Part shown: piece by piece, positions 39,508-52,757 of the stretch
Numbering within the stretch: position 1 is the first letter of the stretch
Layout: each line of letters begins with the position of its first letter
Assembly (NCBI RefSeq): GCF_006345805.1
Contig: NC_043022.1
Span: forward strand, 17,236,001 to 17,300,000
Direction: 5' to 3'
DNA length: 64,000 nt
Origin: Octopus sinensis
Lineage: Eukaryota
The notes under the pieces: generated by a model
Told to the model about the DNA's origin: nothing
Seen by the model: only the letters and a program-made list of their open reading frames with translations
Database searches by the model: none
Made by a program: the position numbers and the translations under genes

Positions 39508-41857
39508 CATAAGTGGAGATAGTGTTTGATAGGAAGTAAGTATGGGTGGGGTGGTGGATAGAAAGAGGGACGGGAGTAGGAATGGGGAGGAAGGAGATAT
39601 ACACATGTGGGAGCTATAGTGTGTGGGTGTGATGGTAGACATGAGAGGGGCTGGGAAAGGTAGATGCGTGGGGGGGAGGGGATAACAATGAGAACGGGGT
39701 GGGGGTAGGGAAGGGAAGAACTGTTAGCACAAAGAATTAGGGGTTATAAAAAGGAGTATTTGAGAGGTGGGGAAGGGCATGTGAGGTAAGGGGTAGAGCA
39801 GGGAGATGAGATGTGGGAAGTGCTTAATGGGGGTAGGGCAGGTAGGTGGGGTCAGTGTCCAGCAGAGACAACAATTTTTAGGATTTTATATTTGCAATCA
39901 TGGATGGGTCTTCTTGAACACCAACCCTCCCAGTCCTGTAGCACCTCCTCTGTGAGGCCCAGCATCTGGAGATCAGCCTTCACTACATCATCTCTTCCTG
40001 GTTCTCCCCTCCACTTCAAGTGACCAACACTTCTTTATTCAGCACACATGACCGAACCAGTGCAGTCTTCTCCTTTGCTCTTTACATCTGATTCCTCTGA
40101 TGCTTAACATCATAAACGGAGTCACATGGATGAGTGGTTAGGGTATTCGGCTCACGATTGTGAGGTCGCGAGTTCGACTCCTGGTGGTGCATGTGTGTCC
40201 TTGAGCAAGACACTTTATCTTACTTTATTGCTCCAGTCCATTCAGCTCAATCAGAAATGAGTCATACCAGTAATTCAAAGGGGTCCAGCCAGCCTTGTCA
40301 CATTCTTTGTCACACTGAATCTCCTTGAGAACCATGTTAAGGGCACTTATGTCTGTGGAGTACTCAGCCATTTGCACGTTCAATTTCGACCAACTGGAAC
40401 CCTTATTGTTGTAACTGACGGGGCACCATCAAGTATGGCTAGGGCTGTGTGGTCAGGAAGTTTGCATCCTCAACCACATGGTTCCAGGTTCAGTCCCATC
40501 ACAGGGCACCGTGTCTTCCACTTTGGTCGAGACCAATGCCTTGTAAATGAATTTAGCAGATGGAAACTGAAAGAAGCCTGCTGCGTGATTGTGTGTCTCT
40601 CTGCCTTGACATTGTGTGACACTTGTAAATGATTATTCTCTGAGAATGTGTCTGGCTCAATATATGACCTTATTTGGAAACAGGGGAGGGCTGATGACAG
40701 AGCATCCAGCTATAGAAAATCTGACCCATGCAAGCATGGAATGGTGGACGTTAAAACTATGATGGTATGGATTAGATTTCTGTTATTTAAAGAAGTTCTC
40801 CTGAATTAACATGTAAGTGGTCGAGTATTCCACAGACCACGTGTTCCCATAGCACGTACAATCAGTATGACAAGGTTGTCTTTTTTTCAATTACAAGCAC
40901 AATCCATCTTATATGCTTCCGTACAGTTTCCATCTACCCAATTTTGTTCAGTGATGAGTGCTGGAGTGACCCGAGGTTGGAGGAAATGACATTTGCCGAA
41001 GATACCATGCAATGAGATCGAACTCTAGGTATTGTGGTTGTGAAAGCTAACTTAACCATTTGGCCATTCTGTTTGTCTGTCTCTATATGATGTTTGCGTG
41101 TCTATTCATGATTGTACGCAGGGGAAGTAACTCTTTAAAAATTCCCAGCCAAGTTATTTCCCCTGGACTGCTAAACTGTTAAGATTTACGTATCGGCTTG
41201 ATTTTCCATAATTATTCGCTGAATCTCTCTCAAATTACTTCTACGGTATAGAAAAGGACAAATGCTTGCGAGAAGGCCGAGGTGGTTAGGCTTGGAAAAC
41301 CTTTTATAATAGGTCGGTTGAACCAGGGTTGTCCCGGTGTTGACCCATAGCAATAAGGGTTTATTCGAATCTCCTCTAATTCAATTTGCATTGTGAACTG
41401 GTGGCGGAGGTAGAAGTGAAGGGTTAAGAAATTAGTTTTTTTCAGCCACGGTGGTCCAGCGTTCGACCCTGGTTTGCGACACAACTGTCGACCAGTGCCT
41501 TTTAGCTACGGGCTGACAGCTGCTTCGATAAGGAAAAAAAAACGGGAACAGGGCGGAAAATAGACGCGTGGTTGTGTTCACACTGACACACACGATGGTT
41601 TTTGGGAAGTAGTGTCGATTTTTACAATTCTGTAAATAATATCTTTTTATAAGCTTAAGGCTTATAGGAGATCATCGTCTGTAATGGTAAGACGCTTGCC
41701 GCAAAAGGAGGGAGCTGCGGGTTTGCGTCCCATGCGCACGGAAACCCTACTTTTTTCTGTCGCGGGCTTTTATGCCCCAAATATTAGAATATTTTCTTTG
41801 GTCATTACACGGTGATCGCTTAAAAACCTTTAAGCTTATAAAAAATATTGTATATAT

Positions 41858-42153
41858 GCGCCGGAGTGGGTGTGTGGCAAGTAGCTTGCTTCCCAACCGA
41901 ATGGTTCCGGGTTCAGTCACACTGCGTGGCACCTTGGGCAAGTGTCTTCTATAGCCTTGGGCCGGCCAAAGCCTTGTCAGTGGATTTGGTGGACGGAAAC
42001 TGAAAGAAGCCTGTTGTGTGTGTATGTCTCTATCCCCCTCCAACATCGCTTGACAACCGATGCTGGTGTGTTTACGTCCCCGTAACATAGTGGTTCGACG
42101 AAAGGCGGTGCTCTAGCATGGCCGCAGACAAATGACTGAAACAAATAAAAGAA
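41858..42153 (+). mobile_element. SINE family A copy
   Basis: Head, short microsatellite and partial tail as in 58412-58800. Confidence 0.82.
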
Positions 42154-42199
42154 TGTGTGTTTTCCGTCTGTATTTCGGTAAAGGACACAAAGAAGAACG

Positions 42200-42680
42200 G
42201 AAAGCTGCTGTTGTTGTTTGAGAGGAAGTGGCCGAGTCCCAGACTCTCCTTTGTTTTATCCTGTGCCCTTTCACCAAAAGGGAAATCCCGTGTGACCCCC
42301 CCACCCCCGGTCTTCCCATCAACCCGTCTCACTCTAATATTCACCAATTGACCTGGTAAATAGACAACCGAAAGCGACGCTATTTCATATCTTGACATTG
42401 TTATTATTGTCTCCTCGGCCGAAGGGGAGGGACACATCCATAGCCGTGCCTCCTTTTGTGTATTTTTGACCAGTGTCGGGGTCGGATGCTTTGTTGAGGT
42501 CGGGCCACGATGAGAATGCGATATTTTTCTTTGGTCCGTCTGGCGGACTTCTGCATAATTTCCGTCAACTAAATTTTTATTCTCAAAAACACATTTGCCG
42601 ACGGTATTGCGCATCCGGATCGAACTCCAAACCACGAGGTTGAGAAGCGAGCCTGTTAGCCATTCGGTCACATCCTAACC
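42200..42680 (-). mobile_element. Possible LINE ORF1-like remnant
   Basis: The non-repetitive ORF segment ...RKISHSHRG...SVVYLPGQLVNIRV loosely parallels ISYFARG...LPIYLGRRASSIRV at 1522-1716. Weak similarity, judged by eye. Confidence 0.3.
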
Positions 42681-44313
42681 CCATTCTACTGGTTTTAAAG
42701 ACAAAGGAGTCGGAGATACAGTCTGTCCGGAGAACAGGTGAGATGGTCACGGTTAGAATGTCTTTGATTAAAGGTTTAATGGGTTATGGATGACTTGGGA
42801 TTAAAATAACGACAGCAGCAACATCAACTTTTTACGTCCGTTTTGCATGTTGGCATGGGTTGGACGAGTGATGGTAAGGCTGCGAGCCGCATCCGGTTCC
42901 ATTGTCTGTTCTGGCATTGTTTCTACATCTGGATGTCCTTCTTAACGCCAACCTGGCACCAGCACCATTTGTCTCACGATGGAGGGCTGATCAAATAGAA
43001 AAACGCGTGCACACACAACAGGTTTCCATGCAGTTTCCGTTTTATCAAATTCACGTGCAAGGCATTCGTCGGATCAGAGGTCTAAAAATAAAAAAGCACC
43101 TCCCCAGGGTGCCATGCAGTGGGACTGAATCCGAAACCACTTGGTTTCAAACCGAGCTTCTTAACCCCACAGCCACCACTCTTGCATTTTATCCCTAAAA
43201 TCCTGTAAATTAGGGGACGTTAAATACAGTGTATGGAGACGGATACCCTTCGCTGAGGAGGTTTAATAAGACCGGAGTAGAGGTAATGGGTAGTGACGTC
43301 ATTCACTAGTTCCAAGTGTGACCACCATTCTTTATATAAATCCCAGACTTAGGTGGCCCCGGCTGACCGTACCTGGTAAGAGTTTCTCCCTAGAAATGGG
43401 TCCTTAGGGTTGAATATCCTGAGTTGTAAGACCAAGACGGGGGAATAAAATTGATAAGGCGAGAGTGGAACCTCTAAGGCGGCCACGTGTTCAATTGTAT
43501 GTACACTACGGCCAGACTGGAGCTCTGTACTCTTTGGGGCTAAAGCAGAGAGGCCATAAGGGAGATACTGGCTGTGTGCTTAATAAGTTCGGCTCGCAAC
43601 AACGTAGTTTCAGGTTCAGTCCTACGGCGCGGCACCTTGGGACAAATATCTCCTATAACCCAGGGCGGACGAATTCCTTGTGAGTGGATCAGCTTGCAGT
43701 CTTATTTGCTTCCTACCTCTTGTCGTCATAACTAGCGGTTCGACAATAAGAGAATGATAGAATGAGTACCAGACTTGCAATAAATACTGGAGTGGATTTG
43801 TTCGGCTAAACTCCCACCATGACGATGCCCTAGCATGGCCGCAGTCCAATAACTGACATCCTGGTTTTAAATTTTGGCTCAGTTCCAAACATTTCGGAGG
43901 AAGAGGGAAGTCAGTTACATCGACCCCAGTGTTCAACTGGTACTTTATCGACCCCGAAAGAAAGAAAAGCAAGGTCACCTTCAGTGGGACTTGAACTCAG
44001 AACGTAAAGACATTTTGTCCGGCACAATAACGATTGTCAGCACGCCACCTTGTTAAGGTCTCCTCTCTTTCACTTAATGCTTATTTGACACCCAAACCCA
44101 GAATATAAATCCCACTTTTGAGTCAGGTTGGGGTGGATGGGCTTGAAACAGTCCCCTTGAATCTCCCCCCCCCCTCTTCCCCTCATTGTAGAAGGTCAAA
44201 TGAAACCTCACTGAAATTGACTTCTCCAGTCTGAGTGGCCTGCAAACGGGTCGCTTGCTTGGTGGTCACAGATCTTTGTATCACTACATGAGTGTATGTG
44301 GTATATATATATA

Positions 44314-44347
<34 letters not shown>

Positions 44348-44564
44348 CAAATTGAGATAGGGGTTGTAAATGCAACCCTCCATGGGATAACGTACACTTT
44401 ATGTACATTCCTTTATGTACACTGATTTGTTCTGCTTTTTATGTTTAACCCCACAGTCTCTTATGTGGTGGTTTAATAAAGTATGTGATTGAGTATTATC
44501 TGGTAATTGATATTTGATTTAGATGTATTTCTCCATTTTCTTATCTTGTATATATATATATATA

Positions 44565-45860
44565 TCAGGACATTAAGAATGAATTGTCCGATTTTGAACT
44601 GAAAGTTTATCTCAACAAAAAAGCAATCGAAAAGTTAATCAAAGTGTGCACCTAAATTATCAACACAGTTTTGCCATTTTATCGGTAGCTAATTTATGCC
44701 GGCAACGAAGAATTCTGGTGAGCAAGAGGTGATGAAATCGCGAAAGGCTGTTTTTGCATCTTCAGATTTGAAGTTTTTTCCTTGCAAAAAGTTGTCTAAT
44801 GCCTGGAAAACGTGATAGTCAGTTGGTGCAAGGTCTGGTGAATATGGTGGATGACGGAGTACTTCCAAGTTCAGTTCCTGTAACCTGATTAGCGTTGTTT
44901 GTGCCAAATGTGGTCGAGCATTGTGTTGCAAGAGCATTGGCCTGTCTCTATTGACCAATCTCAGTTGTTTAATTGCAAGTTTACTCATCATTTCACCCAA
45001 TTAGTTGACGTATACATCCACTGTTATTGACTTACCCGGTATCATGAAGCTGTGGTGAATGACACCAGCGCTGGACCACCAAACAGACACCATTAGCTAT
45101 TTTTATTGAATATTCTTTTTCGGACTGTGTTTTGGCACTTCGTCTCTATCCAACCACCGTGTTTTGGCACTTTGTCTATATCCAGTTACTGTGCAGTAGA
45201 ACGCTTGCTATTGTTGAAAAGAATCCATTTTTCATCACATGTAACAATACGATGCAAAAATGTTTCGCTGTTATTCCATGACAGCAAAGAACAGCATCTT
45301 TCAAGACGACGTGTCATTTGATGCTCGTTCAGTTCGTGTGGTACCCACTTGTCCAGCTTCTTTACCTTGCCGATTCGTTTCAGATGGTCCAATACAGTTG
45401 GAATCGAAACATCAAATCTTGCTGCTAACTCACACGAAGTTTGAGATGTATCCGCTTCTACTGTAGTTTCCAGCTCATCATTATCCACCTTGGTCTCAGG
45501 TCAAGTAACGGGGCTGATTTTCAAGACTAAAGTCATCAGACCGGAACTGCTCAAACCATCGACACACAGTGCCCTCATTGACCACAACTTTATCAAACAC
45601 ATTGCTGATGTTTCGAGCTGTCTGGGATGCATTGGTTCCACGACAGAACTCATATTCATAAACAACACGAATTTTTGATCTATCCATGGGTTCACAAAAA
45701 TTGATTTATAAAGGAAAACTCACAATATAATCAGACACCATGAATTGCATTTCGAAACGTGATGGTGTAACTCTCGCATGTTGTGAAACAAAGAATAGTC
45801 AAGATAAAGTATTAGAGTTAACTTGGTGCCATAAGAACATCGGACATTTCATTGTTAACA

Positions 45861-45866
<6 letters not shown>
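44565..45866 (-). mobile_element. Near full-length defective mariner (Hsmar1-like) element, ~1.30 kb
   Basis: TIRs including the TA flank match 26/33 (tatcaggacattaagaatgaattgtccgatttt versus the reverse complement of 45836-45868). Frameshifted transposase: KIRVVYEYEFCRG..VCRWFEQFRS, KLDKWVPHEL, RIVTCDEKWI, MVSVWWSSAGVIH, LLQHNARPH (catalytic D to H), HPPYSPDLAPTDYH. Confidence 0.93.
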
Positions 45867-45898
<32 letters not shown>

Positions 45899-46413
45899 TA
45901 CACATTGTACATACTTTTATCTTCATATAGACAAAGTTTGTAAGTTTACATATAGGTACGTATCTTTTATGTTAATGTGTGTGTGTGTGTGTGTACCCCT
46001 ACGAATGACTGAATTCTAAAAGAAACGTTTGACGAGGGAATGATATGGTTTAACAAAATCAAAATCTTGAAGGTTCCATCCGAATGCTTTTTCTAATTAA
46101 TCTTCCGGATCTACAAATCATTTCAAAACATTGTTTTGTCATCGTTGCAAAACCCCCCTCCCCCTTGCCCACAAGGGTATCGGACCGTTTCCAACACGTC
46201 TCGCTCTTCCTTCATTCTGGCCTGAACCCGGGGTCTTCCTCCCACCCCACCCCACCCCACGCACACCGTGCTTTCGCCTCATAAAGACGCAGTTAGACCC
46301 TAACAATGAAACAAAAGTACCCTTTTATGAGTTTGGATAGCGACAACTCTAGGTATCAAGATGAACTTTTCTCAAAGTCAAAGTATTCACTGTGTGTGTG
46401 TGTGTATGTGTAA

Positions 46414-46746
46414 GCACAGGAGTGGCTGTGTGGTAAGTAGCTTGCTTACCAACCACATGGTTCCAGGTTCAGTCCCATTTCGTTGCACCTTGCCCAAATG
46501 CCTTCTATTATAACCTCGGGTCAACCAAAGCTTTGTGAGTGGATTTAGTAGACGGAAACTGAAAGAAGCCCGTCGTATATATATATGTTTGTCCCCCACC
46601 AACGCTTGAAAACTGATGTTGGTGTGTTTACATCACCGTGACTTCGCGTTTCGGCAAAAATCACCGATAGAATTAGTACTAGGCTTACAAAGAATAAGAT
46701 CTGCAATCGATTTGTTCGACTAGAGGCGGTGCTCCAGCATGGCCGC
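46414..46746 (+). mobile_element. SINE family A copy
   Basis: Head, (TA)n and tail. Confidence 0.82.
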
Positions 46747-47868
46747 TGTATGTGTTGTACGCACATAGACCTGTATACGGCCCCCCTCCCCCGCTGGGTT
46801 TGCGAGCCGGCCCACGTCCAACCTAACTGGAAGGCTACCTCGTCGCTGGGTGACCCATTTACAGCTAAGTCGACTGCAGCAACGGGGGTTGTTTTGCTGA
46901 AGAGCACAACACAGCCGATCTGGGAATCGAAACTACGATATCATGGTCGTGAGTGCAGCACGCTTAACCACTAGGTCACGCGCCTTTACTACACACACAC
47001 ACACACACACACCACACACAGAGTCTTTATCAACAACATATTTAGAAGGGAATTCAGCTAAAACGCATTGGGTTTAGCGCATCTTGGTGGGTGAAAAAGG
47101 TAGAACGTCGCCTGCAGGACTCGAACCACGCATCTTCTGTAATCTAGGCTTGCTGTAAATCTGTGCGTTGCACGTCTGAACATGTCTTGGAGTCTTCGAG
47201 ACGGTGTTAAGAATTCTTCGTTTCTTTCTCGAGGATTGTGCTATGAAGCTTTCAGGGTTTGCCTTAAACTTCTTTGGTGAAAGACAAAGATCTTGGTGAC
47301 TTTTTTTCACAATTTTCTTCTTCCGTCTGTCTGTCTGTCCCTCTAACTATTGATGGATGGGTAGGTAGAAAGAAAAGAAAACAAAATTACAACAAGTGTA
47401 AGGTTTAGGGACCTGCCGAGGGGCGGTGGTGGTGGTGGGTTGATAGAAGTTAAAAGATACAAGGGGAGGGCATTCTTGGGGGTGGGTGTTTAAAATGAAG
47501 TCGTAAAATTGTAATAAAACAGAATAAATATGAGATAAAGGGTGACGATGAATATCTTCAGGTAAAAAAAAGATGTCGACCGATTGTAAGAAAGGTGAGA
47601 ATTGTTGATTAAAGGTGTTGATAGCGGACTGACGGCGGTGTGAACGAAACGTCGGAGCAGGCCTATCCCTTTGCCTCTGTGGGTGTGTGTGTGGGTGATA
47701 CGCCTTCCACTGGAACGAGTCTCTTCCAAACTACGCGTGTATTTGTGTTTGTATGTATGTGTGAGCGTGATAAAAGAAACGACAGATCAGAACTAGTCAC
47801 TTTATGTATAGTTGTGTGTGTATCAGTCAAGCTGGTCGGTTTCAATCCCCGTGTCTGTTTTAATTTAC

Positions 47869-47905
<37 letters not shown>

Positions 47906-47919
47906 AAAAACCCGAGTGT

Positions 47920-48100
47920 AATTATGCGCTGAAAGGTAAAGTCGAATTCCGCCGAGGTCGACTTTACCTTTCATCCTTTCGGGGTCGATAAATTAAGTAC
48001 CAGTTACGCACTGGGGTCGATGTAATCGACTTAATACCTATGTCTGTCCTTGTTTGTCCCCTCTATGTTTAGCCCCTTGTGGGTAATAAAGAAATAGGTA
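47920..48100 (+). mobile_element. SINE family C copy
   Basis: gaattccgccgaggtcgactttacctttcatcctttcggggtcgataaattaagtacc...gccccttgtgggtaataaagaaataggta. Confidence 0.82.
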
Positions 48101-48354
48101 ACTGTGTGTGTATGTTATTGGCTCACTTCAACCTGTTTTTCTTAACGTTTTCATTTTAATTATGCAACTTACCTTTGGCCAGGTAAGAAGTCTTTGTGTT
48201 CCTGTTTGGAGACGAGAAAGATGACGATGCGCTCCATAGCTGTGTCGCTCGTCTCAAAACCTATTGTTGTTTTCATGTAAAAGACTGTGTTTTTTCTCTT
48301 CCTCCACTCCTCTATTCCCTTCAGTATTATATATATAGGTGTGTGTGTGCGTGC

Positions 48355-48720
48355 CTAAGGGCCATGGGACGATCCATGCTAGGGATATCGTTACGGGAGC
48401 ATATTCAAAATGAGATAATTGAAGAATGGAGCGGAGTGATTGCAGAATAACTGGAAGCACAAGTTTCTCTGGGTGAGACATATTGCAAGGCTCACAGAGA
48501 AGAGGTGGACTTGTGCAGTTGCTTAGTGATATCCAAGAAGTTGCAAAGGCTATGGTGGAAGGCCTCCACAATGAAGGGAAGATGATTTAGTTAAAAAAAA
48601 TTGGGTCAACATGGAAAAGAATGGTGCAATCAAGACACAGAATTGGAAGCGCACTGTGAACGGTGGTGTATAACATTGGATGGTCGATACTGTGATATAT
48701 TCATCCATGTGTCATTATTA
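48355..48720 (+). mobile_element. RTE (BovB-like) LINE 3' fragment
   Basis: LRAMGRSMLGISLREHIQNEII resembles QRAMERSMLGISLRDHIRNEEI; ends near a (TAT/TAG)n tail. Confidence 0.7.
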
Positions 48721-49200
48721 TTATTATTATTAGTAGTAGTAGTAGTAGTAGTAGTAGTATTCCTCCGAGGTTGACTTTGCATTTCATCCTTTCGGAGTCA
48801 ATTAAGTACCAGTAGAACACTGGGGTCGATGTCCTCTCCTCACAAAGTTTCAGGCCTTGTGCCTGTTAGTAGAAAATATTATTATTATTATTATTAGTTG
48901 TAGTCGGTTATAGGTGTGGCTAGTCTTTCTGTTTCGCCCCCAAGAGCTGGGATTTGAAGACTCCATTTCTTCTTCGATATTTAAAAATGGTCTCAGAATG
49001 TATTAAGGACATTTTCCTCTAAGTCTTCGATTAGATTGTTACCGTTGTGTGTGTGTGTGTGTGTGTTTTGTTATATCCTGCAACCGGTTATTGAAAAGAC
49101 GGTCAGTACAAAGGAGCGATGAAACAAAACCATTTCCAAATGTGTCTCTATCAAACTAATTGTATTTCTGCAACTTTATCTTACTCCATTCTAAACAAAA

Positions 49201-49291
49201 TTGTCCGACGAACGCGAAACTCTGAGTAACCGTCTGTGTGATATTTTTGCTGCTTTTTAATAAAGCATTTTACTCTCTACCTCTGGTATTT
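49201..49291 (+). mobile_element. Second, degenerate copy of the hammerhead-bearing element end
   Basis: gt-CCGACGA-acgc-GAAA-ctctgag-TA then ...ttttgctgctttttaataaagcattttactctctacctctggtattt, homologous to 17382-17480. Confidence 0.6.
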
Positions 49292-49376
49292 TCTCACTTC
49301 CAGAGCGTTAAACTAATACATCTGCTTGTTGTTGACACACCCGTCTTGGTCTTTTGGGTTTTTTTTTTGTAAATTC

Positions 49377-49413
<37 letters not shown>

Positions 49414-51149
49414 GACGGGCTTCATTCAGTTTCTGTTTATCAAATCCACTCAAGGCTTTTTTTGGTTTGGACTGAGGCTGTAATAGAAGACACCTGCCCA
49501 TGGTGCCACGCAGTGGGACTGAAATCGGAACCATGTGGGTGGTAAGCAAGCTTCTTACCACACAGTCACGCCTGTTTCACACACACACACATATGTATAT
49601 GTGTGTGTTTGTTCCCTCCAACATCGCTTCACAAACAATGCTGGTGTGTTTACGTCCCCGTAACTTAGCAGTTCGGCAAAGATATCGATAGAATAAGTAC
49701 TAGGCTAACAAAGAATAAATTCTGGGGTCGATTTGTTCGACTAAAGGCGGTGCTCCAGCATGGCCACTGTCAAATGTCTGAAACAAAAGAATAAAAGAAT
49801 ACACACACACACACACACAGATGTGTGTGTGTTGGGGGCGAATGACACTGTAAGTTCATTATTGTTGTTGTTGTTGTTTACCAACATTGACGGCGGCGGC
49901 GTAGTTTAAAAGGAGAACTAAAGCAAGGAGCATGACTGGAATAAAAGGGGACGAATGAATTAAAGGGACACACCTTAATTAAAGGAGAAGTTATCGGATA
50001 TATGTGGCGGGGGTCGGTGACCCGGGACGGTGCGGTGTAGATTTACTGGCTGAGGGCTCCAGAAAAAGAAAAAAACTCTCGATGCTTACGTCGTATTGAA
50101 CGCACACATACACACATTGTTTTTGTACCTTTTCTTTGATATATATAAACGCGAGTGTATATAATACAACACGTGTACATCCATGTACGAGCACGTCCTT
50201 CCATCCACACACACACACACACACACACGTTCGTATGTCTCCACCTGGGTTTCTGTCATTTTCAGGAATGTGGTGGTGGTGGTGGTGGTAACTGGTGTTG
50301 TTGTTGTTTAACCCCAGGTCAGGCGTGATAGAGCAGACCTATCTATGATCAAAGCATTCCAGTTGTCACTATCTCGTTTTTGATTCAAATATGAGAGATG
50401 TGGCGGCGGTGGTGGTGGTGGTGGTGGCGTCGAAAGAAGGCGGGGCGGCGGTGGTGGTGGTGGCGGTGGAGGAGATGGAAACATCAGAATTGGCGGCGGC
50501 GGGGGTTGTGGGTTTTGTCTTAGGTGTGACTCGATCCATCGCACACGCTTGTCGAAAGGCGTTACGTCTGTGTTCAACGCGTCACCGCTTTTATTCTGGC
50601 ATAGTGTATCTGGGACTACGTTTTTCCGTGTACCGTTTAATTTTTAACGCTGGGATTAATTTGACGGTTTTTTTAGCTGCTACTTTTAGCAATCCCAGCA
50701 ACCACATAGAAGCACCCCCTCCGTAAATCAAGATATTGTATTGTTTAGCTCTAGGTCAGTCGTGATTAAGTAAATCTATGATCAAAGGAAATCCAACCGT
50801 GACTATCCTGTCTTTTCCTTTGGTACATAATGCAAACTTGTCTTTTTTTTTTCTTAAGACGCTAGATATTGAGTGAAGATTTAGCTGCTGCTTCTAGTAA
50901 ACTGAGCGACTTGATAGATTCTCCCCCACCCCATCCCCCGCAGAGCAAGTGGATGGTGTGGTATGACAGGCCGTTGTTCTTATTCATTTCTGACTCCAGT
51001 CGTGACCACCCCGTCTTTTTTCGTATATTCAACACTAAAACGATTGTCTTTTCATTCCGAAGCAAATTTCCTTCCCAAACTTGTGTGTTTCCACATCAAT
51101 AACTCTTCTGTTATCAATTTCTGTGAGAAATCCTTTAAAATATGGAGGC

Positions 51150-51535
51150 ATGGCACAGACGCTGGTATGGTTCTCTGGTTAACAACCTCGCTTCGAAACC
51201 ACATGGCTCCGGGTTCAGTCCCACTGCCTGGTACCTTGGGCAAGTGTCTTCTACTACACCCTTGGGCCGACCAAAGCTTTGTGAGTGGATTTGGTAAAAT
51301 TTGGAAGCTGTCGTATATATGTATATGTGTGTGTGTGTGTGTGTGTGTCTGTGTCTCTCTCTCCCCACTGCTAGATAACCGGTGTTCGTTTGTTTACGTT
51401 CCCGTAACGTAGCGGTTCGGCAAAATGAAATCAGTAGAAAATGTAGCAAACTTAAGAACTAAGTTCGATCTGTTCGACCGAAACCCTTCAACGTGGTGCC
51501 CCAGCATGGTCGCAGTCGGATGACTGAAACCCGTA
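51150..51535 (+). mobile_element. SINE family A copy
   Basis: Head, (TG)n and tail. Confidence 0.78.
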
Positions 51536-52180
51536 AACGACCTCAGATGATGGCGTTTGGTGTCACGCGTTGCAGCCATAGCAACAACAACAACATCATC
51601 ATCATCAGTAGTTCTGCTTCCATAGCAACAATTATGAGGGGAGCATGTGTTGGTCGGGGTGGAATACAGGGCCACACAATAATAAGTTACACGTCATCAG
51701 AATAAAAGTCCTTAGGGCGCCGGAGGGTGGAGTTAAGGGGGAGGAAGGGACGGCGTGGCGGCAGTCGTTGTTGCTGCTGTCTGCACCCAGTGACCCCTGC
51801 CAGACGATCAGCGAAAGTGCACCGAGTGACCTCTAGCTTTCGGGGGTTGTGGTGGTGGTGGGGCTATTCTGTCTGTTTTTAAAACATCCTTAGGAAAAGT
51901 GCAGAAAGTAAACACACTCACACGCGCGTGTGTGCGTGTGTACATGTATATATTTACACGTGTATACACACACATACGAATGGGGGACACTGGACATTGC
52001 ATAAATACAGGTGCAAACACACACAAACACTTGCACACACACACTTGCACACATGCACACACACGCACGCACACACACATGCAACCTTCATTGGAATAGG
52101 GAGGGGTGAGGTGGCAGATTATGGGATTTCAGAAGTGAGGATCTTCCCCTGTTCGGAGCAGAGGGGTCCCGTGTTAGAGT

Positions 52181-52325
52181 GGGTGGCTCTTCAGCGCAAC
52201 TATGTACCCGCGGGTGGCTCTTCAGCGCAACTATGTACCCGCGGGTGGCTCTTCAGCGCAACTATGTACCCGCGGGTGGCTCTTCAGCGCAACTATGTAC
52301 CCGCGGGTGGCTCTTCAGCGCAACT
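52181..52325. repeat. Perfect 31-bp GC-rich minisatellite, 4.7 copies
   Basis: gggtggctcttcagcgcaactatgtacccgc starts at 52181, 52212, 52243 and 52274, with a partial copy at 52305. Confidence 0.97.
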
Positions 52326-52382
52326 TCCGTTCTACAAATGTTAGCAGTCATTGCACTCGAGTCCTGTTTGTAACATCTTCTA

Positions 52383-52574
52383 TTCTTTACTTGTTTGGGT
52401 CATTAGACTGCGGCCATACTAGAGCACCGCATGGAAGAATTTCTAGTCGAATAAATCGAGCGCCTTAATTCATTTAAGCTTGCTACTTCTTCTATCGGTT
52501 ACTTTGCCGAACTGCTAGGTTACGAGGACGTAAACAAACCAACACCAGTTGCCAAATGATGGTGATACCCCATC

Positions 52575-52617
<43 letters not shown>

Positions 52618-52757
52618 ACACACACACACACACACGATGGGCTTCTTTCAGTTTCCATCTACTAAATTCACTCAAACGTCCAATTGGTCGCAGTGTGGGA
52701 CTGAACCCGAATCCTGTGGTTGGGACACAAACTTCTTACCGCCCAGCCACACTCGCT
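52383..52757 (-). mobile_element. SINE family A copy
   Basis: Reverse complement of tail, (CA)n and head. Confidence 0.75.

Noticed and set aside
45505-45545. Minus-strand CTGATGA...GAAA hammerhead-like string
   Set aside because: Lies in mariner codons (RSDDFSLENQ); no stem III, NUH triplet or stem I.
47074-47310. Basic 78-aa minus-strand ORF with an NLS-like RKKRR
   Set aside because: GTG start, no splice signals or recognisable domain; cannot be supported without expression data.
52181-52325. CRISPR-like 31-bp repeats (also the 62-bp units at 27068-27331)
   Set aside because: Head-to-tail with no unique spacers, no cas genes, eukaryotic context.
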